A DNA stretch of 64,000 nucleotides. It comes from Mytilus edulis (lineage: Eukaryota). Positions 11,771 through 24,710 of the stretch are shown here, piece after piece. The notes under the pieces were generated by a model, which worked only from the letters and a program-made list of their open reading frames with translations, made no database searches and had not been told where the DNA came from. Position 1 is the first letter of the stretch, and each line of letters starts with the position of its first letter. The DNA is taken from NCBI RefSeq assembly GCF_963676685.1, contig NC_092351.1:20212001-20276000 (forward strand). The letters are read 5' to 3'. Position numbers and translations under genes: made by a program.

Positions 11771-12367
11771 TTATAAACAAACAAACAAACAAATATTTTA
11801 TTTGCCAATCCCGAAGGCGCCCAAAATGAGCAGAATAATTATAATATAATTTTCAAACATAATGTAAAGTAAATTAAAAATAGGTTAAACAAAGTACATA
11901 ATATGATTGATTCTGACTTGATTGATTAAATTTATTTTTTACATTTCCGAGTTGTGGGTTTTAGTCGTTGAAAAAGGGGGGATTTTCCAGTTTAAGGGCA
12001 ATAACTCAAAAATGATTATACAGAAGTTCTCATGAAACTTTACTATATCTACTGATGTTTTATGAATTTTAGATTTTACATTTCTAAGTTATGGGGTTTT
12101 ATTCATCATAAAGAAGGGATTTTCCAGTTTTCGGACAAATACTTAAAAATGCTTTCAGCAATACTCATGAAACTTTGTTTGTTTATAGTCTGACAACAGA
12201 TCTATACTATTAAACGAGAAGACTCATTTTGTGTGTCGCTTCTCCTCCTTCCACAATTAATTAATCATCATGCCTCTGTGTCCTATAGGTAACATGTATA
12301 GTCGCATTTGTCATCCATTTTTATGATCATTCAGTTTGGGTTATTTTGGGATAAAAACGAAAAAGAA

Positions 12368-12810
12368 GGTGTCAGACCACCAATTACTCCCTCCAATTTA
12401 GATATTTAGAATAGTGCTTTTGATGTCATTGTTTACTTAAACTAACCAACAAATTTGCAGAAATGAAACTTTTGGTGAAAGGGAAATATATTTAGACCAT
12501 TTTGAGCCAAAATTCACTTGTCTATGAGTTTGCATTAAAAATTCAGGATTAATACGCTACATAGTACACTAATTTAAGATTTCCAGAAAACCGGGAGTTA
12601 TTTTGGTAGTACCTGTCTTTTCAAAATCAGAAATTTGTTACAAGACTTTAAACATTGGTTGAAAATTGGCATGTAGGAAGGTGATACATGTACAATTCAG
12701 GATATACCTGGTTTCCTTGAAGTTAAACTTAAGGTAAAATATTTAGAAAGCTGTGAAAATTGCAAAATTTGGTTGAACAGATAGAGATTTTTAATTGGTG
12801 GTCTGACACC
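12368..12810. mobile_element. MITE with 19-bp TIR and 4-bp TSD (possibly Sola-type)
   Basis: AGAA|GGTGTCAGACCACCAATTA ... TAATTGGTGGTCTGACACC|AGAA. Confidence 0.75.
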
Positions 12811-13048
12811 AGAATGCGTCCGGATATTTTCCAGTCATTGGACAAAACTTTAAGTCAGATTAGACTTCCGGTTTGTGTTTTTCTGTACTTTGAACATACA
12901 AAGACTATGAATAAAGTATATAAATTTGCTTTCTGCTATCATTTTGAGTTCTAGCATGTATCATCCTTGCTTAACGTGTTTCAGTCTGGGTTATTTTGGG
13001 AGGAAAACGAAAATTAATAATATTTGCTATTTACTATTTATTAGTTTA

Positions 13049-13216
13049 CAGTGGCGGATCAGCAGAACTTTTCATAAGGGAGCGGGCGCTGACTGGCCTA
13101 AAAGGGGGGGGGGGGCGTTCCTCTCATGCTTCAGTTATTCCCCATATAATCAACAATTTTTTTTTCAACGAGATGGGGGTCAGGGCCCCCACGCCCCCCC
13201 CTGGGATCCGCCTATG
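13049..13216. mobile_element. Second copy of the 5-bp-TSD hAT-like MITE (opposite orientation)
   Basis: GTTTA|CAGTGGCGGATC ... GGATCCGCCTATG|GTTTA. Confidence 0.75.
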
Positions 13217-13265
13217 GTTTACTATCAACGGCGGTCATTACGGATATATTTCTGTATACTTACAT

Positions 13266-13546
13266 TAATTGATTGATTGTTGGTTGCTTAACGTCCAGTG
13301 GCAAATATTTCATGCATATTCAGGACGAGACCAAATTCACAATAAATGCAATAGGTAGGTTGGTACGATAGAGGCCATCTGGGGTGATGGTCGGGGAAAT
13401 TTGGACTGCCACTGGAAAAGGAGGGTATATTGGATAGGGACCGAAATTTTGCCTTGCAACAGGCCACCTACGGTCCCCTCAAAGAGTTGTTGCAAGAGTT
13501 CTTAACGTGCAAATAGCGTGGCACTCTCTTTACACGATGCATCGGA
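13266..13546 (-). mobile_element. 5'-truncated SINE-like retroposon
   Basis: 15-bp TSD TCTGTATACTTACAT (13251-13265, 13547-13561); (AATC)n tail on the minus strand. Confidence 0.7.
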
Positions 13547-16500
13547 TCTGTATACTTACATACATTTACTATGAATAACTGTATTTGTTATAATTTACTA
13601 TAAATTTCAATGGTTATCTTGGGGGAGGGGGATGTTCATAGAGTACAGAAAAACAGATGGTTTTAAAATCGGTATTTGGAAAAATGTGCCCAGTCCCTAA
13701 GTACCTTTGACTTTTGATACCTCTCCTGAAGTTCTCCAGTCAGTATATTTTTTTTACAGTTTACATACGCTCTATTTCCCCGCGATTTCGCGGGTGTGTT
13801 CTAGTTTACTATTAAAGCACATTGCATGGCACAACAGCAAAAAATCTTGAATATTGTGTCTATTTTTGCCCCAACTGTTCAGGGTTGGACCTCTGTGGGC
13901 GTATCCAGTTGCGCTCAGCGTAGCAGTTTTATTTAACCTGGATGGCTCTATAGGCACGATGAAAACCCATTTGCATCTCTTATCTATATCATGAATTTAT
14001 AAAAAGAGTACATATTATATGTATATTATTTCTTTTTTTATTATAAAGTCGTGAATTTGTTTATTTATCATTCTACATCAGAAATTCATAGCAGATTCAG
14101 TGAAAATGGTATTTATATAGACCGATAATTTATGGAATACTAGATCGCGAATAACGCTTATTATGAAGGAGGGATTTCCATGGAACGCCGCGGCTGTGTT
14201 ATGGCGTACTCTGATATAACGTTATAAGTTGTTTTGTTATTATTATGTACCATAGTTTGTTTGAATTTCCATTGAAAAAGTGTGAGGGTATCTCCACAGA
14301 CACCATAGTCCATATCAGCCCTCTGATTGGTTTACCAGAGGATAGAAAAATGCCGTTCATGTGGTGTATATTAGATACCACACACTTTTAGCCAGAAACT
14401 ACAATGAACCACATTTTGTATGCCTCCGTCGTACCGGAAGGGGGGGCATTAAATGTTATCCTTGTCCGTCCGTCTACCATTTTAGAGTTATGCCCCTTTC
14501 ACAAATTGAAAAATTGCTGAGTGGTTAGTTTCCGTTCTCTAACTTAAATTTTGCCTCAACCAAATGTTATGAAACTTATACACAATGCTAATATCAACAC
14601 ACACCAATTATCTCTGTGGTTTTTTTTCAACCTTAAAACTTTTGTGTTGGGTAGTAGTCTCATTGGTGAATACCAATTTGTCACTTTATTTGTGGAAAAC
14701 GTATAGTGCAACCTATTTAAGTTTTAATTAACTCCCCAACTGGATAATATCCGTTGAGGAGGTGTTCCATAACTGGAAGGATATACATATAGAAGAAGAA
14801 GAAGATACCCCTTATCCTTTATTTTTCTAAAATAAATACAACAATGAATTTTAATAACTATTATATAAAAAAAATTGAAACTGAAAGCCACATATATCAA
14901 TCCTGTGATCCTCGAGAATAACACACTGGTCATCTCATTAAACAAAAAAAAGATGCATCATATTCCATAATGCAAACATTTCACTACAAAACTAGAGGCT
15001 CTAAAATGCCTGTGACGCTCACCTGGTCTATGTTCATACATAACAAAGGACATTCATAATAGATGAGAATAGAATTATAAGACAAAATTATGTTTTGGTG
15101 ATGATGATGTGTGTTTGTCAATCTTCATTACTGAACATTCTTGCAGTTTACAATTTTCTCTATTTATAATGAACTTTGCTCCGAGTAGTTTCACGGGTAG
15201 TAAGGTCGTCATATCGAGGAGCGTTTAGTACAGTGATTTTGTCATAATTTGGATAAGTTTGACATGGTTAATTTATGTTGCTTTCCTAAACTATTGCCTC
15301 AGTTCTATTCACACGAGCAGATAAAAAGCAAATAAGATGCTTGAATCTGTATTGGAGGTCAAACGATCTATATTGGAATTGTTGTTTCACGAAATTAACG
15401 CAGAATAAGCAAGATATCGGAATTGCTATGGTTTGGTTAAGCGATTGACATGGTTCGGTTCAGAGTCTAGAAATTCGTCATGGTTTTGGTCAAGATTGTC
15501 ATGGTTTAGATCGAAATAAATATATATGTGTTTCACTTTAATACTGAAAAGTTGATTGATAGCGCCTGTTATTGAACTAAGTCACACTATATATTAACTG
15601 CCGGAGAAGAAAAAAAGCCTGTTTAACCAAATTTAGTGGGTGCAATCGTCAAAGCGTATGTTAAACATGTCATGTTACTTTTCGTAAGTTTTCTACAATA
15701 TAAATTTAAAAGTCACTGCTCTTTTAAACAAGCTTTCGATATAATTTTACAAAAAAAAAAAGACAAAGCGTTGCTTCTGTTTCACATATAATCTTTTGTC
15801 TATATGTCCAAAGTCATGCTTGACTCTGCCGGGGATATCATGAGCGGCATCACTAGCCAAATAGCTAAAGACTTCTATTCAAAAGTGGCAGCCAGTCAAA
15901 AAGTAACTCCTGTTTTTCATTTTCTAGAAAACTATTCATTTGTTGGTTTTTCTTTATTGCAAATTTTGAACTAGTTTATGATGAATAAAAGGAGATGTGG
16001 GGTTATAGGTCCATGATACAGTAACCCAACTACAAAACTAACCAAAGTATATTAAGAGGACATCATAAGTCTTCAACCATTAACGAAACCGAATAGTTAC
16101 GCGTGACATGGACAACAGTTTTAAAACTTATTGGTTTTAAAACTATAATAGGTGAAATTACAATAAAAAGTACTTTCAAAGTTCAAATTTAAATATATGA
16201 AAGATCACAACACCAATTTTGGATTTAAGCCGGTATAATGTTCAAGTTTATCAATTATTATTAGGAATCAATAAACATCTTTGTAATATTGTATAAATGC
16301 ATCGTGTATAGTATCATTGAATTATTTCAAATATTTTACTTTTTATGTAATACAGTTTCTATACTAATATCTGAAAAAAACCCTCCTGCTATCTAGTTTT
16401 AAGTATGAGGTGGTATATTATTAAATGTGATTGAAAAAAGGATTGAAATGCAAAGAAACACGTGTTATATTGTCTGCTACATGTACATTTAAACTGTGTA

Positions 16501-16838
16501 CGACCTTAATTGACCTGGCTAGACAAGAAATCATCGTTTGTAATAGGATAGAACGCATTACAAGATGGACGAAGATGAAACAGATGGTAAGTTTGTTGAT
16601 ATATATCACAAGTACACTTCATTTGAACTTCTAAGAACATTCAATGATATTTTATGCTATCTATATTTGCCGTTTATCATTTTTTGCTTATTTGATTTTC
16701 AATTTACTAGGTAATATCAAATGTAAGATGACGTGGGAAATACATTTTGATTATATCATACGATTTTATTTGTCTATGTAAAATGCATCCAATCAAGGAA
16801 GGAGGGTTTTGAGTACTGGTGTAAAATTGCGCGTTTGA

Positions 16839-17252
16839 AATTCGCACACATTCGATGTTTGCGGCAAAAAATATACTTCAAGAATCGGCCTAAGTCGTCA
16901 TTTAAGAGACCCTGCTAGTTCACGCCCAATAGAGTGTGATATTTGCCATCAACGGTTTAACGATAACGCACATTTTGAAAGTCATCGCAACAGTAAACAT
17001 TTAAATTACAAACAGTTTAAATGTACCGTATGCAGCAAGGCTTTCGCTTATAGACAATCAATGGCAAGACATGTCAAAGAATGTCAAGGGAATAAGTCCT
17101 ACATCTGTATGGAATGTAATGCTGTGTTTAACAGCAAGCGTTCACTAAACCAGCACCATAGTGGGATACACGAGCAGAAAGAGCATAAATGTATGTGTGG
17201 AAAGTCCTTCCGTTTGGTTCGATCATTCACCAGACACAGTAAAATATGTTAA
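16839..17252 (+). pseudogene. C2H2 zinc-finger array (five fingers, first degenerate) inside the element
   Basis: HTFDVCGKKYTSRIGLSRHLRDP-ECDICHQRF..H..H-KCTVCSKAF-ICMECNAVF..H..H-KCMCGKSF; in-frame TGA at 16836; possible upstream exon MDEDETD with gtaagt donor near 16587; AATAAA near 17268. Confidence 0.75.
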
Positions 17253-17380
17253 ACAAAATAGTATTTAATAAATTTAAAATTTGATTTTTGATTCATTTCT
17301 AGCATTCATAAAGTTTAAATGATATAAATTTTGTCTCATTTTCAAGATAAGGACATTTTTAGATATCCTAACATGCTCTT

Positions 17381-17526
17381 TTATGGGGATGGATTTTTTT
17401 CTTCATCTTTCCTATAGTACTGACGAAGTCTTTGAGCACCATGTGCAAATCCATCATATGGGTTCACGATTGCAATATTTACGTTTAGCAGTAGATCTTC
17501 GGGGTTGGTCAAACTTTGCATGGCTT
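17381..17526 (-). other. Putative terminal exon of a second, convergent gene in the element (unknown protein)
   Basis: tttatttcag acceptor then open frame EAMQSLTNPEDLLLNVNIAIVNPYDGFAHGAQRLRQYYRKDEEKNPSP-stop. Confidence 0.4.
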
Positions 17527-19275
17527 CTGAAATAAATAAACGTAGTATTGTTAAATTAGTTCTTTTGGATTCAAGTTTATAATATGATTTAGGAAATAAA
17601 AGATTTAAAGATTAAAAAACAAATATTGAAAAATAGGATCCTCTCAATATTGTTTCATATAATATTATGCTATTCAATGAAAGTACAGTGTTAAATATAT
17701 GTCGTTATTTATTTGTGTCTTTAGTGTTTCTGTTACTTGATTTTCTTGTTTAAACCCGATCTGGTGAGTTTACATGTGTGGCATGGTTAAGGCGAAGAAG
17801 AGATTGGGGAACCCGCAAACATGTTTTACTCCGCAATATTTTGTATATACTGTCTCAAGTTAAGTGTCTGTAATTCCGTGAATATCGTATGTAACTGTGT
17901 ATCATATTTTGCTATTTATTTTGGACAGAAATTAGCTGATGATTTTCTAATTGGAATTCCTATACATTGAATTTTGTCGCAGCCTTTTATATCATGCTAA
18001 GAAATATGGTTTTGCTCATTGTTGAATGTTGAAGGCCTCTTGATGACAAATAGCTGCTAACATCTACGTCATTTGATCTCAGGTGGATAGTTATCTCATT
18101 GGCAATCATACTGCATCTACTTATAACATATTACTACATTGTTTGTGCGTTTTTATGTCCTTCTATGTTTCAAATGGAACGATTTATGTTAATTTTGATA
18201 GTAACTCTTCATTATACACGAGAAGAATTACATAACTGAACCATGTCGAACATGAACTTAACCATGACACTAATGAACCAAACCATGACACAGATATTTC
18301 AGTAATTTTGAATTGATTGCAAAAGTAGGTATTTTTCAGAATAATTGACTGCAGTGTTATATCACGAAGATATATGTGATGTAACAGACTGTAAGAAAAT
18401 AACTTTTTTTATGCACGATAAACCAATTAGCAAGTTTTAAATTTTGACATACGCAAGCTTTGTTCTGCATTAAATCATTAACCATTAGATACCACTTGTG
18501 ATGTACTATGATATTTACTTTATACAAAGGTACTTACCAGCTTGAATTAGTGATGAGAAGTTCCGTTTACAAAATATCCCAATGTTTACATTTTGGCATT
18601 GATTGTCATCAAAAAGACTTAACACCGTCATGTCAAACTTATCCAAACTATGACAAAATCACTGTACTAAACGCTCCTCGATATGACGACCTTACTACCC
18701 GTGAGTTTTAAAGGAAAATATTTTGTAAAAGTTTACAAATATTTACCTAAGTTACGAAAATTGTTTAAAATTTACTATAAAGAGCAAAATTAAATAATTT
18801 GTTCACCAAACTTTATACTTCCTTTATCTAGAGGTGTTTGACTCTGGGAGCATAAAATTTCAGTAATCACAAGTGTGACTATGATTTTCATCTCCCAAAC
18901 ACTTCTCTAGTACCCAGATAGTTTTATAGTAATCTCAGAGTAGAACAACAAGAAATTAGTACATTTCTGGTCTATTTTGTCGCCGGAATTTCAATAGACG
19001 CTTGAGACTTTAATCAATACTGTCAAATCAACATTTTGTAATGATAATTTTCTGTTTGATTAATTCCAAATTTTATACCAGGAAGATTAAGAATTTGACA
19101 TTGAATTGTTGTAAACTGTATGTTTCTCACTAGATGTCATTTGGTCACTTGTGTTGGTTGAGTTGCCGTCTCATTGATCTAAATCTTTTATAATTTATAA
19201 ATATATGCCCACTTCAATAAGTAATTATAGGATATATTTTAGAAGAGACATATTAGTTACTAAATATATTTCTCG

Positions 19276-20290
19276 TTTTTGTCGAGCCTGCAACTTTTGT
19301 TGCAGAAAGCTCGACATAAGGATAGTGATCCGGCGGCGGCGGCGTTAGCTCACTTCTTAAAAAGCTTTATATTTTAGAAGGTGGAAGACCTGGATGCTTC
19401 ATACTTTGTATATAGATGCTTCATGTTACGAAGTTTCTGTCAGTCACATGTCCAATGTCCTTGACCTCATTTTCATGGTTAAGTGACCACTTGAAAAAAA
19501 AGTTCAATTTTTTTGTAATGTTGAATTCTCTCTTATTATAAGTAACAGGATAACTATATTTGATATGTGCGTACCTTGCAAGGTCCTCATGTCTGTCAGA
19601 CAGTTTTCACTTGACCTCGACCTCATTTCATGGATCAGTGAACAAGGTTAAGTTTTGGTGGTCAAGTCCATATCTCAGATACTATAAGCAATAGGGCTAG
19701 TATAGTCGGTGTATGGAAGGACTGTAAGGTGTACATGTCCAACTGGCAGGTGTCATCTGACCTTGACATCATTTTCATGGTTCAGTGGTTATAGTTAAAT
19801 TTTTGTGTTTTGGTCTGTTTTTCTCGAACCATATGCAATAGGTCTACTATATTTGATGTATGGAATGATTGTAAGGTGTACATGTCTAGCGGGCAGATGT
19901 CATGTGACCTTGACCTCATTTTCATGATTTAGTGGTCAAAGTTAAGTTTTTGAGTTTTGGTCTTTTTATCTAATACTATATGCCATAGGTAAACTATATT
20001 TAGTGTATGGAAATATTTTATGATCTTTATGTCGGTCGCGCAGGTTTTATTTGACTGTGACCTCATTTTCACGGTTCATTGCACAGTGTTAAGTTTTTGT
20101 GTTTTGGTCTATTTTTCTTGAACTATAAGTAATAGGTCAATTTTATATGTTGTATAGAAGCATTGTTAGCTGTACATGTCTGCCTGGCATGGTTCATCTG
20201 ACCTTGACCTCATTTTCAAGGTTCATTGGTCTGTTTAGTTATCTTGGTTAATGTTAAGTTTATATGACAGTTGTAATAAAGCTTAGCTTA
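19276..20290 (+). mobile_element. Helentron/HINE-like element with (CGG)n and ~147-150-bp tandem units, 3'-truncated
   Basis: TTTTGTCGAGC...GCTCGACA inverted repeat, CGGCGGCGG, repeated TGACCTTGACCTCATTTTCA; near-identical inverted copy at 44472-45562. Confidence 0.75.
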
Positions 20291-20999
20291 ATTTTATCAT
20301 CTTCTGCAGGGACGAAAAAAAGTGTACGGCAAATTCCAGTGAAGTGATGAATTTTCTTAATCATACAATGCATTTGAATTCTATTTATCTAGGGCATGAT
20401 ATGCCTTAAAACTTTTCCAGAAGCACAGGTTTGCCTGTACTCAGAGTAAATTTTGAGGTGAAAATACGGCCATTTTAGCCATAGGGTCCACATGAACCTT
20501 AAATGAAAGTGGCCGCATTTGTTTTCATTCTTAATATTGAAATGTAAGTTGTATTTGATGATAATACATAACATATATAAAGGTTGAGGATGAACACGCA
20601 TTCATTTTTGACAAAAAAACATCTGAAAAGTGACATTTTTGGCATATTTGATAGATTTTTCATATATAAGCTTGAATCGGAGCGTTTTTAATGCGTAAAT
20701 GAGTTAAAATCTTTTACATAAACTAATTGAATTAACTGAAATTGACACTTACATGTTTAAAAAGTGTCCAAAATCGTTTGTCATATGAACCTCTAATTTG
20801 AGGTCAAAATCGGCCCTTACCTCCTATCAAGTATTGAAACTACCTAGACTAAAAACTTTAACCAGAAGCGGGACAGACCAGAAAACATACTGCTCCTCTA
20901 CTATTGTGGTATTTAACTTGTTTTATCTATGTTTAGAGCAACTATGAAAGTTTGCCCAGAACCATAATTTAGCATATGGAGACGGAATTCATAAGGGCA

Positions 21000-21450
21000 T
21001 TAAAAACTTGAAAAATGATAAAGCATTTGGGGATGACCGTATAATAAATGAATATGTCAAGTCTACAGCTAGCTTATTCATAGAATTATACGAAAACTTC
21101 CGATGATTATTTAATGTTATATTTCGCACTGGTATTATTCCTGACATGCAGTTGGCTAATAATTAATTGGTTCCATTAAGCCTGTTTATAAAAATAAAGG
21201 TAGTAAGTTGGACCCCAACATTTTTAGACCAATTACCATTTTTAGTTGTATGGGAAACTTGTTACCACAATTTTATGTGGGCGACTAAATCTTTTCTCTG
21301 AAGAATTTATGATTTTAAACGAAAACCAATGTGGTTTTAGAAAGGGTTATTCGACAACTGATAATTTATTTGTGATTCATACATTGTTTGAAATTTGAAA
21401 GCTAAAAAAGAAAAAAAAAAACTATTTTGTGGATTCTTGATAAAGTCTGT
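21000..21450 (+). mobile_element. LINE reverse-transcriptase fragment
   Basis: GDDRIINEYVK...IKPVYKNKG...FRPITIFSCMG...ENQCGFRKGYSTTDNLF with frameshifts. Confidence 0.75.
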
Positions 21451-21560
21451 TTTTTTTAAACAGATAGAGAGAACAAAGTACTAAAAAATGAATTCTCTTT
21501 CAAAAATTGGCATAATTAAGATGCAAACCTCATGTTTTATAAATTTTAATTTCGTCATTT

Positions 21561-21566
21561 TTTATT
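21561..21566 (-). promoter_or_regulatory. Candidate poly(A) signal of the Fat gene (implies ~2.4 kb 3' UTR)
   Basis: AATAAA on the minus strand at the end of a mostly unique AT-rich stretch downstream of the stop; other AATAAA sites are possible. Confidence 0.3.
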
Positions 21567-22032
21567 TACATCAACACAATACTAAGGTTCATAACCTGAA
21601 GCTCACAATCACAAAACTTAAAAATATCATTCACACATTATCTGTAAAAATAATGTAAATCACATTTAAAACATACATTCAACAAGAGAAACTTTCAACA
21701 TAAAATACACTCTCCACTGTGTACAAATCTTATGAATGTAAAAATGTCATGAAATCATCATAATGAAAATAGGATTTATAAATTTGTATGTACAAATTCC
21801 CTATAAATTTTTAATAAATCAGAACAACTTTCTTAAATATATTTTACATTCACTGGCCTTTTACTGCAAGCAACCACATGTAACTAATTCAGAAGTAAAG
21901 GTTATATGAGGCAATAACAGATGAATACAAAATATTAATAAAAAAACTAGTGTACAATTTAATAAGCACTGATCTAGATTTATGGATGTTGTATGCTTTT
22001 TTTAGGAAGTCTTTCAAAGATACTTTCTATAA

Positions 22033-22244
22033 GGCCAAAAAAATATATGTGTGTTTCCTGTTACATTTATGAAAAAAAAGATAGGTAGGTACAGATCTTT
22101 TTAAAAATTTATTATTTTTTCTTTAACATTGAGTGTATTCTGATTTTAATAGTGCTTAAAAAAACTTTAGGGTAGGCTATCTTTAAGCTAAAAAAAATAT
22201 TGAGGGTATGGGAATAGGAAACATGCATCTTATTTTATTTGGCC
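22033..22244. mobile_element. Harbinger-type MITE in the putative Fat 3' UTR
   Basis: TAA|GGCCAAA ... TTTGGCC|TAA. Confidence 0.65.
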
Positions 22245-23955
22245 TAACAGTTCTATAGAAGAAAATCTATCAGTGAATGAAACAATGTACATTGTAAAAT
22301 CATTACGATTACCAATGTTTGAATGAGACATTAACTCCCATTGGCTTGAACACAGGTCAACCCTGCTGTCTTATATATCATATGGATGCATATAACTAAA
22401 TCAATTTGTGTCATGTTAAAATTTATCCTGTCAAATATTTGTTTTCAATATAAATTTGTTTTTAAGCCTTCTCTCAATATGGAAAATCCTGGTATAAAAT
22501 TATTCTAGAAAAAATATGTAGAAATTTGTTAAGTTTTATCACAGTATTTAAGCACTTAAACAATAAAACCTCTTGCCCATTGCACTTAACGTGTTTCTAC
22601 TTCACATCTAGAATTAAACTTTCTGCCCAAAATTAGTTTACCTTCCAGTGTATTTTTTATGAAAATGTGGGTTAAAAAAATGTTTTTCTGCTGTTTCAAT
22701 AAAAGCACAAACTTTTTGTATAACTTTTCATAAAATCACTGCAAGTTTTTTAAAAGTGTTCAGAAATTCAAAATAAAATGTCCAATTGTTTATTTAAATT
22801 ACAAAAATGAAATCAGTTCCTGAAAACAACAGCCTATGAACTGTCATGTAACAACTGCATTTGATTAAATATACAAATTTATGCAAATGAGGTAATAAAT
22901 TTGCATGAGCAGAGGAAAACAACAGTATTATACATCTGATAAAATGTAAACAACCAAAATGGATCACTAACAACAGAACATGACAATGAGTCACATGACA
23001 ATTAATAGCTTAATAGGTCACATGACAATTAGTCAAACAACCATCTATATCTAGTTGAATAACACAACAAAGGTATAAACAAATTTTGGCAAAATATATA
23101 TTAGTATTGTCACAGACAGCATACAGTAAATCCTTATTTTAAGGACTAAATGTGGCGTTTTATTTCTGTATTCTTATTTTTTCTCTTTTGTTTATTTTTC
23201 AGTCCATTATTCTCTATTCTTATTTTTTTTACATTTTAGCATATCATTTATTGTAAGCAAACATGTATTATTTTTTTTTTTTTTACCTTAATTTAATTAT
23301 TTAAAACAAATGAGGTTTTACTGTACATGTATTCTAATCTTTTAAACCTTACAGGTAAAGCTGAACATCCTGCATCAACAGAAATGATGACAAAGCAGAA
23401 TTTGATAATTAGTTACAAATAAAAAATCGAGGTCATACAAAATGGATAAAAAATGTGTGAAAGACTGATTCTACAACCATGATCACAAAGGCAACTTCTG
23501 TCACCATACAAAACCAATTAATAGAACAACCTGGCAGTTAGCTTCATTAACATCATCTTAAAGCAATGTCAAAAAGCTGTAAGATTTATTTTGATGAGGT
23601 AAATTGGTCATCATAATAATTACTTTTTATGAAACAATATGAAAAAAAATGAACTGAATGATTAAAACAATGAGAACCATAAAAAAGTCATTTTTATATT
23701 AAAACAAATGCAAGACTGACAATCGTGGTAAAAACAGATCTTTCTGCCCTATAAGTAAGGCTATATTGTGTCTGATGAGAAAGGTGTATTTATAGCACCA
23801 AATTTATAACTATTTGTCTAAGCAAACATTTTACAACCAGTGGTTATAAATAAATGAAAAAATGGAGGACTTCTGATTGGTCCATCACAACCTAATGTGG
23901 TCATGGTAACCATTATATTGAACACAATATCAAGGTCATATAACTTGTCCTTGGA

Positions 23956-24710
23956 TTAAACTTGTGTATGAAGACGATCAATGTTCAATGGTGTTCTTTC
24001 ATTGTTTTCATCCCCACTTTCATCACTAAAGTTCACTTCGCTATCTTCAATTTCACAAAGTCCTGAAATGTCTGACATTGAAGCATTTGTTGAAGTATAG
24101 CCTCCCATAGAATCTATCATGGATGATCGCACATTGTATTCACTGTCTGTTATGTTTCCTTGGAGACCAAGTAATGGTTGTTGAGATGGAAACCCATAAT
24201 GTACCACTTCATCATTGTCATCTAAGTCATCCTCACTTAACTGACAAACACGATTTTCTCCTCCTCGAAATTCTTCTGGAGGATCGGGGAAATTATCATT
24301 GTCACTGTACTCATCTCGAGATTCATCATTTAAATTGTACATTGGTAAATAATTATTTGGATGCATACCGAAATTGTGTTCTGGAAGCTCGTAACTCATG
24401 TCTTGGTTTCCTGAATCATCATTGTTTACATACTGAGAAAAGATTTCTTGATAATTTGGTGGATTTAAGTAATGGTCAGTGTCACCCTCATTGTCCGCAT
24501 ATTCTGAATCACCAACGTATTCAGATTCGATCATTTCTCCGTCTGTGTAAACGTCATTATTGTAATGGTGTTGCAGACAATCAGCATGTTCATTAGACTC
24601 GTTACTATGGGGACTAGAACTTGGTGAATCTGGACATTCTCTGTTTGGTACTTCACTGATATTCGGTAAAGATGGACGAGGTGCCCAGTCTGAGGCGTCC
24701 CAGTGATAAT
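23956..24710 (-). CDS. FAT1: Fat-like terminal coding exon
   Basis: ttttcag|AT TAT CAC TGG (DYHWDASDW)...FPDPPEEF...SGLCEIEDSE...HTQV-stop. Confidence 0.92.

Larger units (their letters stand above)
12201..13804 (+). mobile_element. Non-autonomous Helitron with nested insertions
   Basis: A|TCTATACTATTAAACGAG 5' end; hairpin CCCGCGA-TT-TCGCGGG (13779-13794) then CTAG|T; no TSD. Confidence 0.75.
15192..18703. mobile_element. Gene-carrying DNA transposon with CAC termini and 5-bp TSD (Transib-like)
   Basis: ~73-bp TIR CACGGGTAGTAAGGTCGTCATATCGAGGAGCG...; TSD AGTTT (15187-15191, 18704-18708); subterminal CATGGTT/AACCATG repeats. Confidence 0.82.
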
